Positions 56,059 through 64,000 of a stretch of DNA of 64,000 nt are shown here, one piece after another. Both the position numbers and the translations under genes were made by a program. Positions within the stretch are counted from its first letter, which is position 1. Every line of letters begins with the position of its first letter. Location: assembly GCA_030577455.1 (NCBI GenBank), contig JALIAA010000092.1, positions 807-64,806 on the forward strand. The letters run 5' to 3'. The notes under the pieces are model-generated. The model did not search any database and was not told the origin of the DNA. It saw only the letters and a list, made by a program, of their open reading frames with translations. Source of the stretch: Pirellulales bacterium (lineage in GTDB: Bacteria; Planctomycetota; Planctomycetia; Pirellulales; UBA1268).

Positions 56059-57756
56059 ATGAAGTCTATGGATATATTTCGCTTAAACACCCTGCTATTC
56101 CTCTTCCTATGCCTTGTTGCTGGCTTTTCTGAAACCTTTTCGGCAACAACGTCAGGGAACTCAGCGAGGCTTCCAGAGCTGGTTCGCACCACCCAGCGAC
56201 AATTCGCAATACCGTTCCGGCTGCCTAAGCCGGCAACACCAGATGCCCAAGCGCAGCAAGTGGAAATGAGTGTCTCAACTGATTTTGGACTTACTTGGAC
56301 ACCAGCAGGTTCAACTTCACCACCAAATTCATCCATCCCGTTTGAAGCGAATACTGACGGTGAATATTGGTTTCGTATTCGTGCAATTGACCAAAAAAAT
56401 AGAGCCCGAGGTGGTGAGGGGCCTGATGCACGAGTTCTTGTTGATGCCGCAGCCCCCCGACTCTCTGGTCGCGTGTGGAAAGGAGCAGATGGTGAAATCG
56501 TTTGCCGCTATGCTGCAGCAGACGACTCGATTGATGTAGATTCGATTCTCTTCCAATACCGGCAAACAAGTGGCGATTGGAAATCAATTGCCACCGAGCC
56601 CGTTCTTTCAAGACTCTCACCGGCGCATCTTATTGGAGAAGAAATATGGTGGGCTGGACAGGAAGTTGATGAACTGACTGTAAAAATATCTGTTGCAGAT
56701 AGTGCTGGTCATCGCACAACGAAGCAATTCTCAATGTTGCCTACTGATCCAAACGTATCTCAATCTGATCTTGCAAATGAAATAATTACACCTGCACTTC
56801 CATCACCACTTGCCAGATCCAATCGCCAGACCCAATCTGTTATAGTGAAGAATCCGATCTCAGAAACGAGTACCACAGGTGTGGGGTGGCAACCAACTCC
56901 TGGCAATCCGTGGTCAGGAGGGGAACCTGTTGCCTACGCTCAACATTCGCCTGCACAAGCCAGAACTGCAGAAGAACGTAATGATGAAGGCGGTTCCACG
57001 GCCCCCCTACTCACAATTTCCACACCAACACTCGCAGACGCCATAGAGGAAAATCTTCGAAAACCTAACTCTTCGCAGAATCTGGAAACTGGATTTGTTT
57101 CGCAATACCAAGGCAGACCACTCCACCTCATGCGAGTGCAAAATTTTAGCTGGGAGTACAGTTTTGATGTACCTGAAGACCTGCAAGGTCCTTTCCGAGT
57201 GGAACTTTGGAGCACTCGAGATGGTGGACACACCTGGGAGCGAATCGCGATTGACGAAGACACAGCAAGTCCCATCAATGTTGAATTCCAGGGGGAGGGC
57301 CTCTTTGGATGTCGTCTGGAAATTGTCAGAGACATCCCTGGCCCTCCAATCTCCCCTCGGGCAGGTGAATCACCATCAACCTGGATCGGAATCGATACAA
57401 CGCCACCACAAGTCACGAGCCTTGACGTGACAATGGTTGATGGAAATGACTCTGATGCTTTCGATATTCAATATACATTCGAAGACCCCTTGGCGATTCC
57501 AAACAGCGTTCGGTTGTCATATTCTCCTCATAAAACTGGACCGTGGGCCACGATAGCAACGGACCAGGCTACCAACGGTACCTTCAGTTGGAAGCCACAT
57601 CGATCCCTCCCAAGTCGTGTATTTGTTCGAATTGAGATGCCTGATGCAGCTGGAAACATCGGTGAGAGCATTACGCTTGAGCCAATCACTTTACGCACGG
57701 CTCGTTTCATTGGCACACTTGGCAGTCCTCAGATCTTGCCTACGGACAGCCCCTGA
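56059..57756 (+). CDS. Secreted protein with four internal repeats carrying Asp-box (BNR)-like motifs
   Basis: ORF track 55978, trimmed to ATG 56059 (signal LNTLLFLFLCLVAGFSETFSA). Repeats centred on VSTDFGLTW, QTSGDWKSI, STRDGGHTW, SPHKTGPWATI. Each is followed by a ...F.W... then V.I.V.D.AGN-like strand pair. Confidence 0.6.
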   Translation: MKSMDIFRLNTLLFLFLCLVAGFSETFSATTSGNSARLPELVRTTQRQFAIPFRLPKPATPDAQAQQVEMSVSTDFGLTWTPAGSTSPPNSSIPFEANTDGEYWFRIRAIDQKNRARGGEGPDARVLVDAAAPRLSGRVWKGADGEIVCRYAAADDSIDVDSILFQYRQTSGDWKSIATEPVLSRLSPAHLIGEEIWWAGQEVDELTVKISVADSAGHRTTKQFSMLPTDPNVSQSDLANEIITPALPSPLARSNRQTQSVIVKNPISETSTTGVGWQPTPGNPWSGGEPVAYAQHSPAQARTAEERNDEGGSTAPLLTISTPTLADAIEENLRKPNSSQNLETGFVSQYQGRPLHLMRVQNFSWEYSFDVPEDLQGPFRVELWSTRDGGHTWERIAIDEDTASPINVEFQGEGLFGCRLEIVRDIPGPPISPRAGESPSTWIGIDTTPPQVTSLDVTMVDGNDSDAFDIQYTFEDPLAIPNSVRLSYSPHKTGPWATIATDQATNGTFSWKPHRSLPSRVFVRIEMPDAAGNIGESITLEPITLRTARFIGTLGSPQILPTDSP

Positions 57757-57882
57757 AAACAACGTCTATCTATCGAAGGCGCCCTTCTCTGCCGGGTTTT
57801 CGCCAGAGGCTTGACCTCTCCCTGATAAATCTCGCTACACTGCGTATGAGGGATTTTCTTTCATTCCCAGAGGAGGAGACCA

Positions 57883-59007
57883 GTGGCAAAAAAAACGGCG
57901 GGAGTGCTGGGACTGGATCTGCTGCTCAATCCGAAAAACCTCAAAAATCTGATCATTGGAGGGGACAGTAAGCCATCAATGGTTGTGCTCGTTGGTGATG
58001 ATCAGTTTGTGAATCGCCTGATCCTATCTCGGCTACGAAAGTGCATACACCCGGACGAAGATGACACTTCATGGGCATGCCGTGAATTCTCAGGTGACGA
58101 TCAGCCTGACCCAAGAGATATTCTTGACGAAGTTGCAACAGTCCCAATGTTTAGTGATGCAGCACGAATTGCTATCGTTCGACGAGCTGATTCATTTGTT
58201 TCAGCGCATCGAGAAATTCTTGAACGTGTTGCAAGTCAAAAACCCGGTCCCGATGGATTCCTCATTCTCGAAATGCGAAGTTTTCCTTCCAACACCCGGC
58301 TAGCGAAAGCGGTTCATCAACACGGGCTCGCTATTACCACTTCAACACCTCCCCGATTCGACCTTACAAAATGGCTTCGCCAATGGGCGCGAGAAGCACA
58401 CTCAATTGATTTGCCCGCAGCAACAGCAGGCACGATACTCGAACGTCTCGGTAACGAACTTGGTCAAATCGATCAGGCTCTCACAACCTTCGCGTCAGCC
58501 TTACCTCAGGAAGGAAACCGGACACTTCTGCCAGAAATGGTTGATTCACTCGAGGGTATGGGGAACCAACGAACCGTCTGGGAAATGGTTGACGCAGCGG
58601 CGGCAGGTCGAACGACTGAAGCCATCTCGCTCCTTGACAAGCTTTTGCAATCTGGCGAAAGCCCTATTGGACTGACTGCTCAGGCAGCAACCGTACTTCG
58701 ACGCTATTCGACAGCAGCACGATTGCTGGGAGGTCCCAAACGTCCAGCCAGTCTTGCCGCGGCACTGAAAGAGGCCGGAGTCGCGAGCTGGCCAAAAGCC
58801 ATGTCACAGGCTGAAATGGCTTTACGGAGTCTTGGTAGCCATCGATGTCGCCAACTCCCAAACTGGCTGGAGTCTCTTGATCGATCACTGAAAGCGGAAG
58901 CATCTCGAGGCCCACGAGCAAGGCTAGCTATTGAGCGTTTCTTCTGCATGATGTCAACATCGACCGGAAAGCCACAGAAGCAACCCAAGAACCGAACACA
59001 CTCTTAA
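57883..59007 (+). CDS. holA: DNA polymerase III subunit delta
   Basis: GTG start with GGAGGAG 4 nt upstream. Architecture matches HolA: VVLVGDDQFV, EVATVPMFSDAARIAIVRRADSF, LILEMRSFPSNTRLAKAV, LERLGNELGQIDQAL, VWEMVDAAAAGRTTEAISLLDKLL. Assigned by pattern, not by a strict motif. Confidence 0.6.
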   Translation: MAKKTAGVLGLDLLLNPKNLKNLIIGGDSKPSMVVLVGDDQFVNRLILSRLRKCIHPDEDDTSWACREFSGDDQPDPRDILDEVATVPMFSDAARIAIVRRADSFVSAHREILERVASQKPGPDGFLILEMRSFPSNTRLAKAVHQHGLAITTSTPPRFDLTKWLRQWAREAHSIDLPAATAGTILERLGNELGQIDQALTTFASALPQEGNRTLLPEMVDSLEGMGNQRTVWEMVDAAAAGRTTEAISLLDKLLQSGESPIGLTAQAATVLRRYSTAARLLGGPKRPASLAAALKEAGVASWPKAMSQAEMALRSLGSHRCRQLPNWLESLDRSLKAEASRGPRARLAIERFFCMMSTSTGKPQKQPKNRTHS

Positions 59008-59016
59008 CAAAGGCTA

Positions 59017-60471
59017 GTGATGACTGAAAAAATGGTGAACGAGCAATCCGAGGGAACTGAACGGTGGGGCAATCCATTAGCCGACCGTTATGCCTCGAAA
59101 GAGATGGCATATATTTGGAGTGATCGGCATCGATATGGGTTATGGCGAAGAATGTGGCTCGCACTTGCTGAGGCAGAAGCTGAGATGGGATTACCCATAA
59201 CGCCCTCCCAGCTTGATCAGATGAGGTCACATCTAGACACCATTGACTTTGCGAAAGCGGCCGCATTCGAACGCCAAACACGACATGATGTATTCGCTCA
59301 CCTTCATACCTTTGGAGAAGACTGCCCCGAAGCCAAGCCTATTATGCACCTCGGGGCAACTAGTGCCTATGTAACAGACAACACCGATCTTTTCTTAATT
59401 CGTGAATCACTTGACCTAGCAACAGCACGTTTGGCAACTGTCATTGAAAGGCTGGCAAGCAAAGCACGTGAAACCAAGTCAATAATCTGTCTTGGGCGTA
59501 CGCACCTACAGCCAGCTCAACCAACTACCATAGGAAAGCGGATCTGCCTCTGGATTCTTGACCTCCTTCTCGACCTCGAGGAACTCCATCATCGACGTGC
59601 GCACCTGTGTGCCCGTGGCGTGAAAGGCACAACTGGTACACAAGCTAGTTTCCTTGAGTTGTTTGACGGAGACCACGAGAAAGTACGACACCTTGATGAA
59701 CTTGTTTCGAAAAAAATGGGTTTTGAGAAATCGTTTCCAGTCACCGGACAGACATACCCTCGGAAAATTGATTCCCAAGTTCTGGCAACTCTTGGTGGCA
59801 TTGCAGAATCGTCCCACAAAGCTGGGAACGATCTTCGAATTGCAGCGGCATGGGGTGAACTCGAAGAGCCTTTTGAAACTGATCAAGTTGGATCATCTGC
59901 AATGCCGTACAAGAGAAATCCAATGAGGGCGGAACGAATGTGCGGCCTAAGTCGGTTTACCATGGGTCTTCAGCAGACGGCTAGCCAAACGGCTGCAGTG
60001 CAGTGGTACGAGCGAACACTCGACGACTCGGCTCCTCGCCGCCTCGTACTACCACAGGCTTTTCTTGCAACGGATGCGGTACTCGTGATCTATTCAAACA
60101 TCGCTGGCGGACTTGTCGTCCTTCCCGGAAGCATTCGTCGCAACCTTGAGCAGCATATTCCATTCTTGGCTAGTGAACGCCTCTTGATGGCTGCAACAAC
60201 TGCCGGAGGTGATCGACAAGAACTTCATGAAGCCATTCGTCGCCACAGCCACGCAGCCACAGCAGGCATCCGCGATGGTCATGATAACGATCTGGTTGAA
60301 CGCCTCGCCGAAGATCCGCTTTTTAAGAACGTTGATCTACAAGCTGCACTGACAATAGAAGGCCTTGAGGGACGCGCTGTTACTCAGGTTGATGAGTTTC
60401 TCGATGGCCCAGTGAAAGAAGCTTTAAAGAACTGTCCTGAACGGACTGACGAAAGCGAACTGCGCGTGTAA
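59017..60471 (+). CDS. purB: Adenylosuccinate lyase
   Basis: Fumarate-lyase signature GSSAMPYKRNP, GATSAYVTDN, GRTHLQPAQPTT. The start is GTG 59017 or the adjacent ATG 59020. Confidence 0.9.
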   Translation: MMTEKMVNEQSEGTERWGNPLADRYASKEMAYIWSDRHRYGLWRRMWLALAEAEAEMGLPITPSQLDQMRSHLDTIDFAKAAAFERQTRHDVFAHLHTFGEDCPEAKPIMHLGATSAYVTDNTDLFLIRESLDLATARLATVIERLASKARETKSIICLGRTHLQPAQPTTIGKRICLWILDLLLDLEELHHRRAHLCARGVKGTTGTQASFLELFDGDHEKVRHLDELVSKKMGFEKSFPVTGQTYPRKIDSQVLATLGGIAESSHKAGNDLRIAAAWGELEEPFETDQVGSSAMPYKRNPMRAERMCGLSRFTMGLQQTASQTAAVQWYERTLDDSAPRRLVLPQAFLATDAVLVIYSNIAGGLVVLPGSIRRNLEQHIPFLASERLLMAATTAGGDRQELHEAIRRHSHAATAGIRDGHDNDLVERLAEDPLFKNVDLQAALTIEGLEGRAVTQVDEFLDGPVKEALKNCPERTDESELRV

Positions 60472-60476
60472 TCACA

Positions 60477-61187
60477 CTACCTATTACGCTGCCACCGCAC
60501 CTTTGGATCTGCTCGCAGGCCCTTTAACTCTTCACGCAACTCATTCGGAGTCATCCGAATCTTTCTTTCAAAACGGAATCGCTGGAGCCACCAATCCATA
60601 GCAGAGACAATGCTTGCGACTGCCAGCATGCCCCACAGATAATTCACAGCTGCAGACAGCACTTCACTACCCTGCCCTGCCCCACGACCGAGACGCACCG
60701 GCAAATCACCCAGAACAATAATGAGCGGACCTGCCAATAACCAAGCCGCAGTGACAAGAACAGCAAAACCAACAAAAGAAAGCACGGCCCGAACAACAGT
60801 GGCCGCGGAGACAATACGTTGCAAACCAATGCTCGGGTCAATCCGCTCAAACCGAAAAACAAGGCGGTCAATTCGCCATGCCGCACCGTCAAAAAGTGTA
60901 CGGACTAGCAACAGAACACCGAGAGCAAGTACGACAACAACAATTGTCGGAAAAATGAGTGGTAGAAAAATATGATACGTCCCACCCTGTCCAGTCATTT
61001 GAATATTTTCAATTGCAGCGACTGCAGCTGAGACTGTCGCACGAAACCACATTGGCAGTGCAACCAAAACCACGGCTGCCATAGCAGGCCACCCCAACAC
61101 AGCACCCGTTGGAGCCAGTCCTTTATTCCGAGCGTCCTCTCTGCGGCGAGGCGTGGCAGGAAGGGTTCGATCATGACTTTCACTCAC
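60477..61187 (-). CDS. flhB: Flagellar export protein FlhB, transmembrane domain only (ends before the NPTH autocleavage domain)
   Basis: ORF track 60477..61319, trimmed to GTG 61187 (4 nt after the fliR stop). This gives (M)SESHDRTLPATPRRREDARNKGLAP, the typical FlhB N-terminus. Four TM helices. Ends MTPNELREELKGLRADPKVRWQRNR-stop, i.e. in the linker where full-length FlhB continues for ~130 aa. Confidence 0.75.
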   Translation of the reverse strand: MSESHDRTLPATPRRREDARNKGLAPTGAVLGWPAMAAVVLVALPMWFRATVSAAVAAIENIQMTGQGGTYHIFLPLIFPTIVVVVLALGVLLLVRTLFDGAAWRIDRLVFRFERIDPSIGLQRIVSAATVVRAVLSFVGFAVLVTAAWLLAGPLIIVLGDLPVRLGRGAGQGSEVLSAAVNYLWGMLAVASIVSAMDWWLQRFRFERKIRMTPNELREELKGLRADPKVRWQRNR

Positions 61188-61191
61188 TGAC

Positions 61192-62067
61192 TCAACCTCC
61201 CGTCTCAACAGCACCTTGACTGGCTGCAGGATAGACCGAATCTGCTGATTCAAAACTAGCTTCGAATGGAGCGCGGAGAATTTCCCCTGCATGACCAGCC
61301 CACTGCTGACTTCCAACAATCAGGCCACCGAGCATCACGGCAGCTGCGATACCCTGCAGAAGTCCCGGGCCAGGCGTGACCGCTATAGAACGCATACAGA
61401 TTGTTGCCGTCAGATGTGCTGTTATCACGGCAACCAGAATAGGAGCGGAAATCATGAGCGCCAGCTGAAGGCAAAGAGATGGCAACTCGATCAACCTCAT
61501 TACAATTGGCACTCCGAGTAATTCAGTTGTTCCAGCAAGTGCACCTACAGGCATCTGCAGGAAACTATCGATTAATCCTGCAACTACTAACTGTTGGCCG
61601 CCGGCTACGACAAACGAGGCAAGGCCTACCCATCCACAAAGACGGGCGACACCAGGGCCTCCACTACCGCCCGGCGTAAAAACATCTGCCCAATTTAGTC
61701 CTGCGACATTGGCAAACACACTACCCACAGACTCGAAAACTGTAGCCAGAAAGCTTATCGACAAACCAAGACAGCCACCGACAAGTAGTTCTGAAAATAC
61801 CATAGGGAAAAACAATTCTTCGGTCACGTTCTGCACCTGCACCACGGAGATCGCTACTGGTGCAGCGGCAAGACCAAGAATAAAAAGAATCGCAAGTCGA
61901 AGATGAACAGTCCCACCTGGAAAAAGCCGCATACCACCGCCAAGCAAAACACCAGCAATGCGAGTCAGGACTCCGGCAGATACGAACAACGTTGACTCCG
62001 AAAACAAGTCGAAGAACCCTAGGTTGGCTACTGATTCGGTGGCCAGCAAAACACACGTCAATGTCAT
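61192..62067 (-). CDS. fliR: Flagellar export apparatus protein FliR
   Basis: Polytopic 291-aa protein placed between fliQ and flhB. N-terminus ...FVSAGVLTRIAGVLLGGGMRLFPGGTV and overall hydrophobic pattern fit FliR. Confidence 0.75.
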   Translation of the reverse strand: MTLTCVLLATESVANLGFFDLFSESTLFVSAGVLTRIAGVLLGGGMRLFPGGTVHLRLAILFILGLAAAPVAISVVQVQNVTEELFFPMVFSELLVGGCLGLSISFLATVFESVGSVFANVAGLNWADVFTPGGSGGPGVARLCGWVGLASFVVAGGQQLVVAGLIDSFLQMPVGALAGTTELLGVPIVMRLIELPSLCLQLALMISAPILVAVITAHLTATICMRSIAVTPGPGLLQGIAAAVMLGGLIVGSQQWAGHAGEILRAPFEASFESADSVYPAASQGAVETGG

Positions 62068-62085
62068 GAGGAACCAAGACTCCTC

Positions 62086-62340
62086 TTAAGGCGAAAGAAC
62101 ACTAGCCTGAAAAAGGCTCACAAATCGTTCGATCATCCAACCTCCTGTTATAAATATGACAGCCACCATGACCACAAGCCGTGGAACCATACCAATGAGC
62201 GGCTCGTGGATTCCGGTAGCTGACTGCAGAACACCAACCACCAAAGCCACGGACAGGCCAGCCAAAAGAGCCGGAGCCAGCAGCAAGCCGCCTTCGATGA
62301 GTGAAGACCGAACGAGTGAAACAAGATCAAAGCTTGCCAT
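62086..62340 (-). CDS. fliQ: Flagellar export apparatus protein FliQ
   Basis: 84 aa with two TM helices. LLLAPALLAGLSVALVVGVLQSATGIHEPLIGMVPRLVVMVAVI matches the FliQ pattern (Q-x-x-T-x-I-x-E-x-x-L-x-x-V-P-[KR]). Confidence 0.85.
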   Translation of the reverse strand: MASFDLVSLVRSSLIEGGLLLAPALLAGLSVALVVGVLQSATGIHEPLIGMVPRLVVMVAVIFITGGWMIERFVSLFQASVLSP

Positions 62341-62398
62341 ACAACACTTCCTGAAAACTGTCAGACCAGAGTGACGAAAACAATAGAGCCGCGGAAAA

Positions 62399-63274
62399 CT
62401 ATGAAGTATTCAGGCGAACCCCGTCGAGCAACCCCCGAACAACAAGTGACCAGCCATCCGCCATGACAAAAACGAGTAGCTTCAACGGCAAAGAAACGAT
62501 CGTAGGCGGCAACATGACAAGACCCGTTGAGACAACCAGCGTTGCAACAACGCAATCAAGAACAAGAAATGGCAACAAGATACGAAAGCCGATCATAAAT
62601 GCGACCTCCAGTTCACTCACAAGAAAAGCTGGCAGGAGAACCTCGGTAGGGATTTCGTCATAACTATCTACCTGCTTCATACCGCCCGGGTGTCGCTGAA
62701 GAAACAACGCAACCGTATCACGATTATCCGCTTCCTCTATCTGATATGCCATCCATCGCCGAACCGGAAGACTTCCACGTTCCAGCGCTTCCTGAAGAGT
62801 AATTTCTCCTGCCTGATAGGGCTCAATCCCTGCTTGATAGGCAGTGGTCCAAATTGGCCACATCACAAGTGCGGACAGAAACAATGCCAGCGATGTAATA
62901 ATTTGGGTTGAGGGAAGATTCACAGTACCGATAGCCTGCCTTGTGAGTGACAAGACGACCGACATTCGAACAAAGCATGTTGTCATGAGTAAGAGCGCTG
63001 GAGCCAGACTCATCACTCCGAATGTCAATGCCGCTGGCAGGAGACGATCGGCCCAACGACGATCAAGGAAACCTGTTATGACTCCAGGTAATTGATCTTC
63101 ATTCGATGGCAAAACACCCTCGGCAGTGTCTCGGGCATCGGGGCCGCCATTCACTGTTTCCAACTGCGACGGATCAGCAACGGGCTGAATTTCTTGAGCC
63201 TTGGCACCTGATGCAATCAGAGCCAGCACCAGAGTGAGGATAATTTTTTTTAATCTCAACTCGGAGGCAGTCAT
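62399..63274 (-). CDS. fliP: Flagellar export apparatus protein FliP
   Basis: Signal peptide, then LAPALLLMTTCFVRMSVVLSLTRQAIGT...PSTQIITSLALFLSALVMWP...AFLVSELEVAFMIGFRILLPFLVLDCVVATLVVSTGLVMLPP: FliP signature blocks. The ATG overlaps the fliO stop by 1 nt (TAATG). Confidence 0.9.
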   Translation of the reverse strand: MTASELRLKKIILTLVLALIASGAKAQEIQPVADPSQLETVNGGPDARDTAEGVLPSNEDQLPGVITGFLDRRWADRLLPAALTFGVMSLAPALLLMTTCFVRMSVVLSLTRQAIGTVNLPSTQIITSLALFLSALVMWPIWTTAYQAGIEPYQAGEITLQEALERGSLPVRRWMAYQIEEADNRDTVALFLQRHPGGMKQVDSYDEIPTEVLLPAFLVSELEVAFMIGFRILLPFLVLDCVVATLVVSTGLVMLPPTIVSLPLKLLVFVMADGWSLVVRGLLDGVRLNTS

Positions 63275-63894
63275 TACGCCACCTCAGACTGATGTGAACG
63301 AACAGAGCTACTTTCATCTTCTTTCTGAACCGACTCAAGAACATGAGCAACATCAGCGCCACTCGAATCATTACCAGTCATTGAATGGCTCGCCAAAGAT
63401 CGGAGAGTCTGTTCTCCACGACAGGCTGCAGCAATCCATTCTGTAGCGAGAGGGTCATCAAGTTCCGAGAGCGTCTTCGGACCACCACTTCCTACACTCA
63501 CCAAGAGCGTCTTCGGTCCGAAACGTACAACTCTCACTGGTTGCCCTCCGCCTAGCGTTGCTTCGCCAAGCAACTCAAACACATCACTAGGCATCTTAAA
63601 GACTGTCCGGCGACTAATGAGTCGAATGCCGACCAACACAATTCCAGCAAAACCAACCACGGCCCACGCCTTCCAGTCAAAAGCCACCTCGCTGTTCCAT
63701 GCAAGGTCACTTGACCGCTCGGAAGGTTGACTTGCCGAAGTTCCTTCCAAAGAAAGTGGAATACTAGGCAAACTACCGATCGTCCTGGGGGCGTTAGGCG
63801 CGTCATCTGCACACATCGCAGCAGGAGCAGAGACGGACATTACCACAATAAAAATATGGCCCAACCACTTCTCGTAAAAAGAAAAAGCTTTCAT
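63274..63894 (-). CDS. fliO: FliO-like flagellar export protein
   Basis: ORF track start 63903 (GTG), with ATG at 63894. Single central TM WAVVGFAGIVLVGIRLISRR, followed by FELLGEATLGGGQPVRVVRFGPKTLLVSVGSGGPKTLSEL, the FliO core pattern. Position immediately upstream of fliP. Confidence 0.55.
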   Translation of the reverse strand: MKAFSFYEKWLGHIFIVVMSVSAPAAMCADDAPNAPRTIGSLPSIPLSLEGTSASQPSERSSDLAWNSEVAFDWKAWAVVGFAGIVLVGIRLISRRTVFKMPSDVFELLGEATLGGGQPVRVVRFGPKTLLVSVGSGGPKTLSELDDPLATEWIAAACRGEQTLRSLASHSMTGNDSSGADVAHVLESVQKEDESSSVRSHQSEVA

Positions 63895-63902
63895 AGGGCT
63901 CA

Positions 63903-64000
63903 CTATGCCTCATCCTGCCCTTCGTACTGATGCGACCGCCTGAGTGTCGCCCAATCAATCACGTCACGATCATGACCATGATCATGTTCTTTTAAAGAAT
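63903..64000 (-). CDS. 3-prime end (32 codons) of an upstream gene continuing beyond the right edge; product unknown
   Basis: Hand translation of the minus strand: ...SLKEHDHGHDRDVIDWATLRRSHQYEGQDEA-TAG (stop at 63905-63903), open to the window edge. Presumably part of the same flagellar operon, but the tail matches no family I recognise. Confidence 0.35.
   Translation of the reverse strand, partial: SLKEHDHGHDRDVIDWATLRRSHQYEGQDEA

Noticed and set aside
1-64000. Search for mobile elements, prophage genes, integrases, toxin-antitoxin pairs, defence systems, and rRNA/tRNA genes.
   Set aside because: No transposase, integrase, phage or nuclease motifs, no terminal inverted repeats flanking any block, and no tRNA-like sequence in any intergenic gap were recognised. 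Composition looks uniform by eye. The absence is by inspection only, not by search tools.

Overview
Gene-dense chromosomal segment (roughly 90 percent coding, GC about 50 percent by eye). I recognised no rRNA, tRNA, CRISPR array, transposase or integrase. The content suggests a Planctomycetota-like bacterium (inference): tandem secreted sulfatases, a TIGR03000-type domain protein, a giant PQQ-like propeller protein and an extended Bat/MoxR cluster. All functional calls come from motifs read by eye in the supplied translations; no database search was possible. The ORF track uses ATG/GTG/TTG starts at the most upstream position, so I trimmed several starts using overlaps, Shine-Dalgarno-like sequences and family-typical N-termini.

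Layout:
- 1-2329: two sulfatases (-).
- 2509-2838: HU-like gene with terminator.
- 3078-27644: 13-gene co-directional cluster. It holds a giant beta-propeller protein, an alpha/alpha-toroid protein, MoxR, DUF58, a BatA-like protein, a VWA protein, four unknown secreted/membrane proteins and three HtrA-like proteins.
- 27641-31453: inverted-topology photolyase, orphan P-II, leuA.
- 31766-37899: MazG-like protein, large membrane protein, ABC ATPase, secreted PCMT fusion, TIGR03000 protein.
- 38094-39625: HTTM pair.
- 39648-43326: asd, truA, Ser/Thr kinase, accA.
- 43506-48326: cvpA, YdjM-like protein, ZIP transporter and unknowns.
- 48568-51704: three-gene secreted cluster.
- 51849-60471: TlpA-like protein, aminotransferase, clpX with a SHOCT-like partner, Asp-box repeat protein, holA, purB.
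- 60477-63894: flagellar export operon fliO-P-Q-R-flhB.

Most interesting observations:
- The extended MoxR/VWA cluster ends in one intact HtrA-like protease plus two paralogues with substituted catalytic triads.
- A circularly permuted photolyase carries a possible 4-Cys cluster.
- flhB stops before the autocleaving cytoplasmic domain.
- A three-gene secreted module shares an unannotated domain.
- A translationally coupled HTTM pair.
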